Positions 44,401 to 52,587 of a stretch of DNA of 64,000 nt are shown here, piece after piece. Source of the stretch: Candidatus Eiseniibacteriota bacterium. GTDB lineage: Bacteria > Eisenbacteria > RBG-16-71-46. The notes beneath the pieces are model-generated. The model was given only the letters and a program-made list of their open reading frames with translations, had not been told where the DNA came from and did not search any database. The stretch's first letter is position 1. Each line of letters opens with the position of its first letter. The DNA lies in contig JBGAOA010000005.1 of assembly GCA_044222065.1 (NCBI GenBank), positions 1 to 64,000 of the forward strand. Direction: 5' to 3'. A program made the translations under genes and the position numbers.

Positions 44401-44509
44401 AAGAACCCGCTGGAACAAGACGCGGGCCGCGCGTGAACTCGGGCTCAGCTATCCGACCCTGCTCGCCAAGATCCGGAGCTTCCAACTCGAGCGGCAGCGC
44501 GGCGGCTGA
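41423..44509 (+). CDS. TPR-GAF-AAA+ sigma54 enhancer-binding protein
   Basis: About 500 aa of TPR-like helices, then a GAF domain (SLVCVPL..VGLVYVDR..LANSAAVAI), GETGTGKG, ESELFGYVQGAFTGA, WPGNVREL and a C-terminal HTH. Confidence 0.92.
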   Translation: MQRAIPPDLSRADSLAPNSVRQHEAIGDLHLAADQFAGAVEAYSAALAELGGEPRSERGRLLLRLADASIRRSDLDLALTALNEARGIARQSGDLALSARASAFFVMVHLERGNYRRARRYGLFAYRVLRGSDDHRTVGHVELHLGVCAEMLGRRPEAIEWLQNAAATFRRIDDVEGLVCALNELGIVYKNMREWREATRFLEQALRLDERAGLYERMRTHNQNLGLIRYRLGQWDLAEENFRQSLRIARETGHQVGEAIALLAFGMLYRRRRQLGRAAEHYRSALEIAAPLGAWREVALAREFLAEIELDRGNGAGAMALLEPALEDANARAPEGDMAMELSIRVGMAHLASGRAEPAQRYLLAGLALAEQLGDRIESAIAERALGRLEATRGNAAAFETRIRSAASCFEQLGETYELALTLATWAEGAFLLPTSTRLKLLLEPVGDAARRAATLFRQLGIPSLAAECYLNLSRLESEREHFDFALGLLEQAESWLAESEDPDVAERAEALRRDLERQYVAVSLSTCNEFRALEDANRLFRETADMDGLLNQAVRLAVEHAGGDRGFVAFTNGGARLDVVAQHGLGRERARRILRVLEQVGGSRLAENGPLFSSRVTADPRFSVSVVDALDGVGSLVCVPLNFPSQSVGLVYVDRLNDSLLGAFKQRELNLLAVLANSAAVAIVEAQRSRLLEENRQLRDRLKPSPGMERVVSQSREIQSILQLLQKVSDSPATVLFMGETGTGKGLLAQVVHESSARRDRPFIQVNCAAIPEHLLESELFGYVQGAFTGAMRDKTGLFEEAEGGTLFLDEIEKIPETVQAKLLHVLDRSEIRPVGAARSRRVDTRVICATGCDLRDRIRERRFLEDLYYRLNDITVRVPPLRERREDIPLLAQYFLTSFSRQMDRSIAGFSAPVMQALLEHTWPGNVRELEKTVKRMVVLADDGATLDVDLLPPDLRESTRPASTELRVVSRTLKSNVVNLERQLIAEALERTRWNKTRAARELGLSYPTLLAKIRSFQLERQRGG

Positions 44510-44554
44510 CAAACAACTGAAGTCTCCGACTAGCAAGTCGCTTAATAGAAATCC

Positions 44555-44589
44555 CGAAGCCCCGCAGTCACTTAGGCTGCGGGGCTTCG
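44555..44589 (+). terminator. Strong hairpin after the activator gene
   Basis: CGAAGCCCCGCAGTC-ACTTA-GGCTGCGGGGCTTCG; it has no clear U-tract. Confidence 0.5.
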
Positions 44590-44718
44590 TCATGAAAGCG
44601 GCTTGAGGATTTCCGGTGCTTTCGTGGCTCGGAATCCTGCGCTTGTTGGATTTCGCCCATTCCAGTTAATAATTGATTAGCAAGCATTTAGGACATATTT
44701 GTGCGACGTCGCCGTTCA

Positions 44719-44734
44719 TGGCACGACGAGTGCC
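44719..44734 (+). promoter_or_regulatory. Sigma54 -24/-12 promoter (P1)
   Basis: TGGCACGACGAGTGCC, with GG(44720-21)-N10-GC(44732-33); preceded by an AT-rich tract. Confidence 0.75.
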
Positions 44735-44744
44735 TATACGTGTG

Positions 44745-45080
44745 CCTCGGAGGGGGGGGACCTCCACAAAATCCAGCAGAGCACCGCTGGAACACGATCT
44801 AGGCTAGCCGGCTCTGTAGGGCTCGGTCGAGGGTACGAGCCCCGTCATCCGACAACGTATCGAACCCTACGTCCGGCTAGCTTGGAGTGAATTCAACGGT
44901 CCGGGAAGTGGCGGGCCTGGGTGAATCGACGAAGTTCGGTCCCGGTTATCTTCGCGCGATCCCCGCTCTGCGGCTTCCCGGCTTTTCTTGCAGTCGAGAC
45001 ACCGGCTTCACGCGATACAGGCCAGCACTGGGGGATGTCCAGGCTTGTGTCTGCGACCGAGGCCGGTGTCTCACTTCTTG
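44745..45080 (+). ncRNA. Candidate structured non-coding RNA with three tandem long hairpins
   Basis: Starts at the predicted +1 of P1. Hairpins at 44798-44886, 44901-44981 and 44996-45072 contain G-U pairs that form only on the + strand. No credible ORF. Confidence 0.55.
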
Positions 45081-45229
45081 GGCCCCGGCGGCTCCCCGAC
45101 CGTGCACTGTGGCGCCCCTTGCACACCTGCGTCGCCGGCGCTGCGCGGCACCCCCTGAATCGCGGCGCAAACCGCTCAAAGCGGCCCATTTTCACTGATC
45201 TTTCCCGGCCCCGAGCCCCCGCATCTCGC

Positions 45230-45245
45230 TGGCACGTGGGTTGCC
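45230..45245 (+). promoter_or_regulatory. Sigma54 -24/-12 promoter (P2)
   Basis: TGGCACGTGGGTTGCC matches TGGCACG-N4-TTGC; it lies about 37 nt upstream of ATG 45282. Confidence 0.82.
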
Positions 45246-45281
45246 CTCCAAGCGATCGTCCATTTCACGCGAGGAGGACCC

Positions 45282-46115
45282 ATGAAAGCTCCAGTCCTGC
45301 TGATCGTCGCCGCCGCGCTGCTCGCGGGCTGTGATGACGATCATGTCTCGGCCCCCCGCGACGTCACCCCTCCGGCCGCGCCGCGGGGCGTCTACAGCGT
45401 GACCGGCGATCAGTCCGTGCGGGTCTCGTGGCTCGCGAACACCGAAATCGATGTGGCTGGCTATCGGATCTACCAGGGTCCTTGCGCCACCGGTCCTTCG
45501 TGCCCCTACGACCTCGTCGGCTCGACCACCGCCACGACCTACACCGTCACCGGACTTGCGAACGGCAGCACCCGCTACTTCGCGGTTGCGGCGTTCGACC
45601 GCGCGGGAAATGAGAGTCCGCTGTCCTACGAAGACGTCTTCGACACGCCGCGCCCTGCCGGATTCGGCGCGACGCTGGGTGATGCGGTGGACGAGCCTGC
45701 GATCAGCGGCTGGGACTTCTCCGCCGCCTCGCGCCGGGCGTGGGACCACGCGGAGACCGACGTGTACTTCAGCTACTCCGGCGGCGTCTTCCGAATGATC
45801 GCGCCCTTCACGGATACGGACATCCAGGACGCGGGATATGCGGCGAGCCTCGATGCCGTGGACTTCGCTCCCACGAGCGGCTGGTCGCCGACGGGTACGG
45901 TCGAACTGATCCCCGGACACAACTACATCGTGTGGACGTACGACGACCATTACGCCAAGTTCCGCGTCACCGCGCTCGGGCCGTCGCCCGCCCGCGTGAC
46001 GTTCGACTGGGCCTACCAGACCGCCACGAGCAACCGTGAGCTTCGGGCGCGGCGCGCACCTCACGAGGGTCCGCGCGTGCGTCGCGAGCTCGCGCAGCTC
46101 ACGGGCATCCAATGA
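45282..46115 (+). CDS. Lipoprotein with a fibronectin type III domain and a second (HmuY-like?) beta domain
   Basis: SD GAGGAGG and lipobox LLAGC. FN3 signature PPAAP..VSW..AGYRIY..GL.NG..YFAV.AFD..GNES; C-terminal HYAKFRVT..VTFDWAYQ. Confidence 0.78.
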   Translation: MKAPVLLIVAAALLAGCDDDHVSAPRDVTPPAAPRGVYSVTGDQSVRVSWLANTEIDVAGYRIYQGPCATGPSCPYDLVGSTTATTYTVTGLANGSTRYFAVAAFDRAGNESPLSYEDVFDTPRPAGFGATLGDAVDEPAISGWDFSAASRRAWDHAETDVYFSYSGGVFRMIAPFTDTDIQDAGYAASLDAVDFAPTSGWSPTGTVELIPGHNYIVWTYDDHYAKFRVTALGPSPARVTFDWAYQTATSNRELRARRAPHEGPRVRRELAQLTGIQ

Positions 46116-46291
46116 ACCGGGCGCTCCGCCCCGCCGCGGACGCGACGCGGCCCACGGGCACTGAAGGAACCACCGGGCGCGGCACGACTGCCCGCCGCGC
46201 CGGACGCTCCAACCCGCGGGAACTCCGCGGGTCGGTGCAAGGTAGATTGGGCGGTCCGTCCGCGAGGCTCGACCTCGCGAGGAGGCATGCC

Positions 46292-47701
46292 ATGAATCGC
46301 ACCGTCGTGCTGACCGCGCTCGGCCTCGCCCTCGCGGCCGCCGCCGCGGCTCCGGCCGGGGCGCGTGGCCTCGGCGTCGAGGTCTGGACCGACCGCGGCA
46401 ACGACGCCGTCTACCAGCCGGGGGAGCGCTTGCAGGTGAAAGCGCGCACCTCGGATGACGCCTACCTGCTCGTCTACGAAATCGATGCCGAGGGCGAGAT
46501 CCACGTGCTCTTCCCGTTCCGAGGACACCGCGACATGGTCCCGGGACACACGACGCTGCGCGTGCCCTCCGACGACGACGACGTGGACCTCGTCGTTCAG
46601 GAGCCGGTCGGTGAGTCGTTCCTCGTGGCGATCGCTTCGGAGAACGGTTTCCGCGACCTGCCGTGGTACCTGCGTCCGTACGACCCGGTCGGCGAGGCCA
46701 ATGGCTTCGTCGGGCAGACCGAAGACGAAGAAGGTGTCACGAGCGACGGTCGCATCGTGGGCGACCCGTTCGTCGCGATGGAGCGCATCCGGCGTCGCGT
46801 GCTGCTCGATCCGGACGATCGCTCGTCCTTCGCGACCGACTACACCACGTACTTCGTGCACAACCAGGTCCGATACCCGCGCTATCTCTGCTACGACTGC
46901 CACCGGCCCGGCCGATGGGAGTGGTGGGACGGGTTCGACCCCTATTACACGAGCTGCTCCGTGTTCGACTTTCGGGTGAACTGGTCTTGGGCGTGGGGGC
47001 CGAGCTACTGGTTCGGCCGAGTTCCGTACTTCGTGTACGTCTATCGCCCCAGCTGCCCGCCGCGCTATCAGCACTGGGCGGGTTCGGGCACCTGGTACTC
47101 CTCGTGGGACGGCTGGCGCCATTGGAACGACTTGTGGGGCACGGGCACGCTCCGGCGCTACAAGTCCGCACCGCCGACGGCCTACGTTCCGCCGACCAAG
47201 TTCCGCACCTCCGAGCGGCTGGGTCCCGCGCGCCAGTTGCCTCCGGGCTTCGTTCAGGACAGTCCGTCTCGCCGGTCGTTCGACCGTGCGCTGCCCCCCC
47301 GTGGCGGTGTGGCGCGCCGCGACGATCGGCAGGAATCCAGCGGGGAGCCGCGTCGCGAACGCGCCGCGGATCGCGGCTGGGGACGCATCTTCGATCGCAC
47401 CGAGGTCCGCCGCACGCCGGCCGCTCGCGCGCCGCAGGACGAGGGTTCGTCTCGTCCCGCGCCGTCGACCGACTACGGCCGGGGACGCGAGCGCGATTCG
47501 GGTGATTCGCGGCCGGCGCCGTCGTACAATCCGCCGCCTCAGAAGCAAGAGCCGCGGCACGAGCCCGCACGCGAGCCGGCGCGCGAGCCCGCGCGCGAAC
47601 AGCGCCACGAGCGGGCGCCCGATCCGCAGCCGCAAAAGGCATCGCCGCCACCCCCGCCGCCCAAGTCCGATGGCGGAGGCGGGCGAGGAGGCAAGAGATA
47701 A
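46292..47701 (+). CDS. Exported DUF4384-like protein with a CxxCH motif, a Trp/Tyr-rich segment and a disordered tail
   Basis: SD GGAGG and a signal peptide; VEVWTDRG..VYQPGE..YLLVYEIDAEGEIHVLFP; CYDCH; EPAR repeats. Confidence 0.72.
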   Translation: MNRTVVLTALGLALAAAAAAPAGARGLGVEVWTDRGNDAVYQPGERLQVKARTSDDAYLLVYEIDAEGEIHVLFPFRGHRDMVPGHTTLRVPSDDDDVDLVVQEPVGESFLVAIASENGFRDLPWYLRPYDPVGEANGFVGQTEDEEGVTSDGRIVGDPFVAMERIRRRVLLDPDDRSSFATDYTTYFVHNQVRYPRYLCYDCHRPGRWEWWDGFDPYYTSCSVFDFRVNWSWAWGPSYWFGRVPYFVYVYRPSCPPRYQHWAGSGTWYSSWDGWRHWNDLWGTGTLRRYKSAPPTAYVPPTKFRTSERLGPARQLPPGFVQDSPSRRSFDRALPPRGGVARRDDRQESSGEPRRERAADRGWGRIFDRTEVRRTPAARAPQDEGSSRPAPSTDYGRGRERDSGDSRPAPSYNPPPQKQEPRHEPAREPAREPAREQRHERAPDPQPQKASPPPPPPKSDGGGGRGGKR

Positions 47702-47775
47702 TCGTTCGAAGCGCGTGATGCGCGCGGGCGGCGCCGGAGGACCCGGCGCCGTTCCGTCATTCCGATCGAGGGTGC

Positions 47776-48693
47776 ATGAACGTCCGAAACGTCGCGCTGT
47801 TCGCATCACTCACCCTCGTCGCGCTCGCGGGCGTCGCGTCCGCTGGCACGCCGGGGTTCGCCTTCCTCGAGACGCCGAGCGGCGCCCGCGCGTCCGCGAC
47901 CGGCGGCGCAGGCGTGACGCTCGCCGAAGGCGCCGAGGCCGCGTTCTGGAATCCCGCCGCGCTCGATCGCGCGGAACGCCTCGAGATCGCGGGAAGTCAC
48001 TTCGAGATGTATCAGGCGCTGCGTCACGAGGACTTCGTGGTCGCGGGTCCGGCGTTCGGCGGCGGGATCGCGGCGTCGTTCCGCGCGCTCTATTCCGAGC
48101 CGATCGAGGAGCGTGACGATCTCGGCAACCTCGTCGGCACGTTCGGAGCGCACGACCTCGAGTTCGCGCTCGGCTACGGGGCGCGCGTCGCGAACGAGGT
48201 GCGCGTCGGACTCACCGGCGCGCTCGTACGCGAGCGCATCGCGGACAAGGCCGCGCAGACCTGGGCCGTGCACACCGGTCTCTCTTGGGACCCGGCACGC
48301 TGGCCGGGGCTGCGCCTCGCGGTCGCGGGGCAGAACCTCGGCCCGGCCGGCGCGTTCGCGCTCGATGGCGTGCGTGGCGAGGACGTCGCGCTACCGGCGG
48401 CCCTGCAGGGTGGAGCCTCGTACGCGCGCACCGTCGCGACGAGCTGGACGCTGCGCGGGGCGCTCGAAACCCGGCTCACGCGCGGCCGAACGGGGATCGG
48501 CATCGTCGGCGCCGAGCTCTCGAATCCCGCGGGGCTCGCGGCGCGCGCCGGCGTGCGGCTGAACGACGACGTTTCGTCGCTCGCGTTCGGCGTCGGCTAC
48601 CGCGTGTCGTCGCTGCGCCTCGACTACGCCTACGTTCCTTCGCGACTCGACCTCGAGGACACGCACCGGCTGTCCTTCGCCGCACACTTCTGA
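47776..48693 (+). CDS. PorV/PorQ-like (FadL-fold) outer-membrane protein
   Basis: Signal peptide, FLETPSGARASATGGA, FWNPAAL and LDYAY..DTHRLSFAAHF. Confidence 0.8.
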   Translation: MNVRNVALFASLTLVALAGVASAGTPGFAFLETPSGARASATGGAGVTLAEGAEAAFWNPAALDRAERLEIAGSHFEMYQALRHEDFVVAGPAFGGGIAASFRALYSEPIEERDDLGNLVGTFGAHDLEFALGYGARVANEVRVGLTGALVRERIADKAAQTWAVHTGLSWDPARWPGLRLAVAGQNLGPAGAFALDGVRGEDVALPAALQGGASYARTVATSWTLRGALETRLTRGRTGIGIVGAELSNPAGLAARAGVRLNDDVSSLAFGVGYRVSSLRLDYAYVPSRLDLEDTHRLSFAAHF

Positions 48694-48702
48694 GGCCGTG
48701 CC

Positions 48703-49461
48703 TCACGCGCTCGCGCGATCGCGGTCTCCGTCCCGGGGCCAGCGCTCGAGCCTGAGTCCCGCAGGATCGAACACGACGTAGCTGAAGTGGCGGATCCAGT
48801 CTCCGAGCACGAAGAAGTCCCGGCCGCTTTCGCGCCGTTCATAGGCGTGGTGGAAGTGCCCAATCAGCACTGCGTCGTACCCCGCCTCGAAGCGCGGCTT
48901 CGCGACCACGTTCCACAGCTGATCGCCGTCGAGGGCGCGCTCGTCGCGCGATCCCCGCGACCAGCGCGACACGAGGGAGGCGAGCGGGAAGCCGATGTCC
49001 GGATGCAGCAGGCCGTAGGCCCCGATGCTCCACGGGTGCCGGATCACGCGACGCAGCACTTTGTAGCCGAGGTCGCCGCGCACGAGTCCGTCCCCGTGAT
49101 GGATCCACAGCCTGCGACCGTGGCGCTCGATCGTCAGGGCCCCGTCACGAGTGACGATTCCGAGTTCCTCGCTCAGGAACCGGCCCAACCAAAAGTCGTG
49201 GTTGCCGTTCAAATACGTGATCCGAATCCCTGCCTCCCGCAGCTGCCGCAGGCGCGACAACGTGCCGAAGTGCTGACGCGGGATCGCAGAGCGGTACTCG
49301 AACCAGAAGTCGAACAGGTCGCCGACGATCACCAGCTCGTCGGCGCGTCCCGGGAGGGAGGCGAGAAACGCGTGCAGCCTCGCAGAGCGCTCGGATTCGA
49401 CGTTCCGAGACGCAGCGCCGAGGTGCGCATCGGACAAGAAGTACAGCGCGCCGCCGGACAT
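48703..49461 (-). CDS. lpxH: UDP-2,3-diacylglucosamine diphosphatase (LpxH-like)
   Basis: FLSDAHLG, GDLFDFW, GNHDFW, HGDG, GHFH and LGDW. Confidence 0.85.
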   Translation of the reverse strand: MSGGALYFLSDAHLGAASRNVESERSARLHAFLASLPGRADELVIVGDLFDFWFEYRSAIPRQHFGTLSRLRQLREAGIRITYLNGNHDFWLGRFLSEELGIVTRDGALTIERHGRRLWIHHGDGLVRGDLGYKVLRRVIRHPWSIGAYGLLHPDIGFPLASLVSRWSRGSRDERALDGDQLWNVVAKPRFEAGYDAVLIGHFHHAYERRESGRDFFVLGDWIRHFSYVVFDPAGLRLERWPRDGDRDRASA

Positions 49462-49705
49462 GGGCGCGCAGTGTAGCAACCGGGGCTCGCGCGCCCCAAC
49501 GCCGGGCGCGGTGTCCGGAGGTCCGAGCGCGGTCGGCAGCGCTTCGGTCCGCTCGCGCAGGATGTTTTTGCGGCTCTGTGACAGCCCGCGGACTCCCGCC
49601 GCTAACCTCGTCGCACTTCTTCGCCGATCGTTCACGGGCGGCCCGTCTTCGCCGCCGCATCGTCCTCGGACGCCACGTCGTCCGAAACCGGAGGTAAGTC
49701 ACTCC

Positions 49706-51205
49706 ATGTTCGGTCATCGAGAGCCCGTCACCCGTCCTCGCTCGTACTATGCCGGCGCCTTCGCGCTGCTGATCGTCGGCGTCGTCGTGGGTCTCGGCCT
49801 CAGCGCCGGTCTGCGCCTGCAGCCCCAGCCCCAGGCCCAGCTCCAGCTCGCGGCCTCGTCGTCCGCCCTCGCCGGCGGACCCACGAGCAGCCCGTTCGTC
49901 GCGGTCGTGGACCGGGCGCTTCCGGCGGTCGTGTTCATCGAGACCCGGAAGCGCGTCGGCAGCTCGTCGGACGATCCGCAGGACGACTTCTTCCGCCGCT
50001 TCTTCAACGACTCGCCGCGGCGCCAGCAGGTTCGTCCCTCGTCCGGCTCGGGCTTCATCATCGACAAGGACGGCCGCATCCTCACGAACAACCACGTCGT
50101 GCGCGACGCGGAAGAGATCACGGTCACGCTGAACGACAAGCGCGAGTTCAAGGCGAAGGTGATCGGCACCGATCCCGAGACCGACGTCGCGGTGATCAAG
50201 GTCGAGGGCGACAACCTGCCCGTGCTGCCGCTCGGCGACTCCGACCGCCTGCGGGTCGGCGACTGGGCGATCGCGATGGGCAATCCGCTCGGCGAACTGC
50301 GCGGCTCGGTGACGGTCGGCATCGTGAGCGCTCAGGGCCGCACGAACCTGAACATCTACGGCGGCACTCCGAGCTTCCAGGACTTCATCCAGACCGACGC
50401 GTCCATCAACTTCGGAAACTCCGGCGGCCCGCTCGTCAACATCAGCGGCGAGGCGATCGGCATCAATACCGCGATCAACACGAGCGGGCAGGGCATCGGC
50501 TTCGCGATCCCGATCAACCTCGCGCGCCACGTCGCGGAGCAGATCATCGCCCACGGCGAAGTGAAGCGCGCGTGGATCGGAGTGCAGCTCGCCGAGCTCA
50601 CTCCCGAGATCGCCGACGGCTTCGGCATCAAGGGCAACCAGGGCGTCGTGATCTCCGAGGTGCTCAAGAACGAGCCGGCCGAGCGCGCCGGCCTGCACCG
50701 CGGGGACGTGATCGTCGAGCTGAACGGGCAGCCCGTCACCGAGCTGCAGAAGTTCCGCCTCAAGGTCGCCGATACTCCGGTGGGCTCCAAGATCAACCTC
50801 GTCGTGCTGCGGGACGGCAGGCGCGTTCCGATCACCGTCACGCTCTCGCCGCGACCGACCGACCAGGCGTCGCTGCGCGGCGGCCGCGGCGACGGCGGCG
50901 ACGACGCTCCCGACAGCGAGCGCCTCGCCGGCCTGCGCGTCCGCAGCCTCAACGACAGCGAGCGGAGCAACGCCGACCTCAAGAGCGGCGTCATGGTGAC
51001 GGACGTGAGCGAAGGCAGCTCGGGCGAAGAGGCCGGTCTGCAGGCGAACGACATCGTCGAAGAGGTGAACGGCAAGGCGGTCAGCACGCCGGCCGAGTTC
51101 TCGCAGGCGTTCAGCGAGGCGAAAAAGGCGAACAAGCGGCACGCCGTGCTGCTCGTGCGCCGCGGCGACGTGACGAACTTCGTGCCCGTGAAGCTCGGGG
51201 AGTAG
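49706..51205 (+). CDS. degP: DegP/HtrA serine endoprotease with two PDZ domains
   Basis: SGSGFII, TNNHVV, TDVAVIK and IQTDASINFGNSGGPL. Confidence 0.93.
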   Translation: MFGHREPVTRPRSYYAGAFALLIVGVVVGLGLSAGLRLQPQPQAQLQLAASSSALAGGPTSSPFVAVVDRALPAVVFIETRKRVGSSSDDPQDDFFRRFFNDSPRRQQVRPSSGSGFIIDKDGRILTNNHVVRDAEEITVTLNDKREFKAKVIGTDPETDVAVIKVEGDNLPVLPLGDSDRLRVGDWAIAMGNPLGELRGSVTVGIVSAQGRTNLNIYGGTPSFQDFIQTDASINFGNSGGPLVNISGEAIGINTAINTSGQGIGFAIPINLARHVAEQIIAHGEVKRAWIGVQLAELTPEIADGFGIKGNQGVVISEVLKNEPAERAGLHRGDVIVELNGQPVTELQKFRLKVADTPVGSKINLVVLRDGRRVPITVTLSPRPTDQASLRGGRGDGGDDAPDSERLAGLRVRSLNDSERSNADLKSGVMVTDVSEGSSGEEAGLQANDIVEEVNGKAVSTPAEFSQAFSEAKKANKRHAVLLVRRGDVTNFVPVKLGE

Positions 51206-51305
51206 CGGAGGAGACGCCGATTCGGGCAATCTCCGGCATGCGGCAGTCGAGGGAGGCGGCAGGATGCCGCCTCCCGTCGCACCGGACACAGGGAGGTGAT
51301 CACGC

Positions 51306-52538
51306 ATGAGCGCGACTCGCGCTATCGCACTCGCGCTGGCCGTCGCGGCCGGCGCGGCGCGCGCCGCCGCCGCGGACACGACCTGGCCGAGCGAACCGAC
51401 CGTGATGTCGGTGCGCTCGTGGACCTCGCCGCTCAACTCGCGCGTCGTGCTCGACTTCAGCGTCCCGGCCACGCCGGTCATGCCGGACTCGGGCGTCTCG
51501 CGTTCGCTGGTCGTCACGATTCCGGGAGCGCCGTTCGCGATCGGGGACTCGGTCGCGACGCGACTCGCGCCGAGGGACGGCGCCGTGGACTCCGTCCGCC
51601 TCGAGCGCGTGCCCGAGGGCCTGCGGCTCACCGCGTGGTTCGCCGACAGCGTGCGCTTCCGCGCGTTCACGCTACCGCCCGAGCAGGACAAGCCGTTCCG
51701 CATCGTGCTCGACGTCGAGCGTCCGGGTGCTGCGGCGGAGGAAGCGCAGCGCCTCGCCGCGCTCGCCGCACAGAAGCGCCGCGAGCGCCTGCGCATCGTC
51801 ACGATCGACGCCGGGCACGGCGGCGAGGACACCGGAGCCAAGGCGACGCGTCCCTACCGGGGCGTCTACGAGAAGAACATCACGCTCGCGGTCGCCCGCG
51901 CGCTCGCGGCCGAGCTGAACCAAATTCCGGGCGTGCGCGCGGTGCTGACGCGTGACGGCGACTACTTCATCCCGCTGCGCGAGCGCTACCGCATCGCCGA
52001 GCGCATGAAGGCCGACCTGTTCCTGAGCATCCACTGCAACTCGTCGCGCCGCCGTGGCTCGGGCAGCGGCACCGAGGTGTACTTCCTGTCCATGAAGGGC
52101 GCGAACGACCAGGCCGACGCCGACCTCGCCGACCTCGAAAACGCGGCCGACATGATCGGCGGCGTGCCGACGCAGGCCGAGGACGACGTCGTGAACATCC
52201 TCTACGACGTGAAGCGCAGCGACGCGCTGCAGCGCAGCCAGCTGCTCGCCGAGTCGGTGCTCGAGCACCTCGGGGCGGAGCGGAAGCTCGAAGTGCGCGG
52301 CGTGAAGCAGGCCGGCTTCGCCGTGCTCAAGTCGGTCGAGTTCCCGTCCGTGCTCGTCGAGACCGCGTTCATCAACAACCCGGTCGAGGTGAAGCTCCTG
52401 AAGGATCCGGCGTTCCAGAAGAAGCTGGCGAAGCAGATCTCGGTGGGGGTGAAGACCTACTTCGAGCGCGCCGGCATTCCGCTCGGAACCTCGAGCGTCG
52501 CTTCCCCGGACGCCGGCGCGACCGCCTCGTCGCGCTGA
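51306..52538 (+). CDS. N-acetylmuramoyl-L-alanine amidase (Amidase_3) with AMIN-like N-terminal domains
   Basis: IDAGHGGED, EKNITL, LSIHCN and SVLVETAFINN. Confidence 0.92.
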   Translation: MSATRAIALALAVAAGAARAAAADTTWPSEPTVMSVRSWTSPLNSRVVLDFSVPATPVMPDSGVSRSLVVTIPGAPFAIGDSVATRLAPRDGAVDSVRLERVPEGLRLTAWFADSVRFRAFTLPPEQDKPFRIVLDVERPGAAAEEAQRLAALAAQKRRERLRIVTIDAGHGGEDTGAKATRPYRGVYEKNITLAVARALAAELNQIPGVRAVLTRDGDYFIPLRERYRIAERMKADLFLSIHCNSSRRRGSGSGTEVYFLSMKGANDQADADLADLENAADMIGGVPTQAEDDVVNILYDVKRSDALQRSQLLAESVLEHLGAERKLEVRGVKQAGFAVLKSVEFPSVLVETAFINNPVEVKLLKDPAFQKKLAKQISVGVKTYFERAGIPLGTSSVASPDAGATASSR

Positions 52539-52587
52539 GCCGCGCCGGAGTCCCGCGCCGGCCTCGCGCGCGGGAACTCGCGGGCGC

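Noticed and set aside
44798..45072. Hairpin series as a CRISPR array or attC cassette array
   Set aside because: The units do not share repeated sequence, and no cas or integron integrase gene is in the window.
44699..45334. Short ORFs in the track (44699-44890, 44887-45198, 44921-45334 and minus-strand ones)
   Set aside because: They lack a suitably placed SD, GC3 codon bias or motifs. The region is better explained by promoters and RNA structure.
47550..47600. 12-bp tandem repeat
   Set aside because: It is a degenerate coding repeat (EPAR) inside a disordered protein tail, not an independent element.
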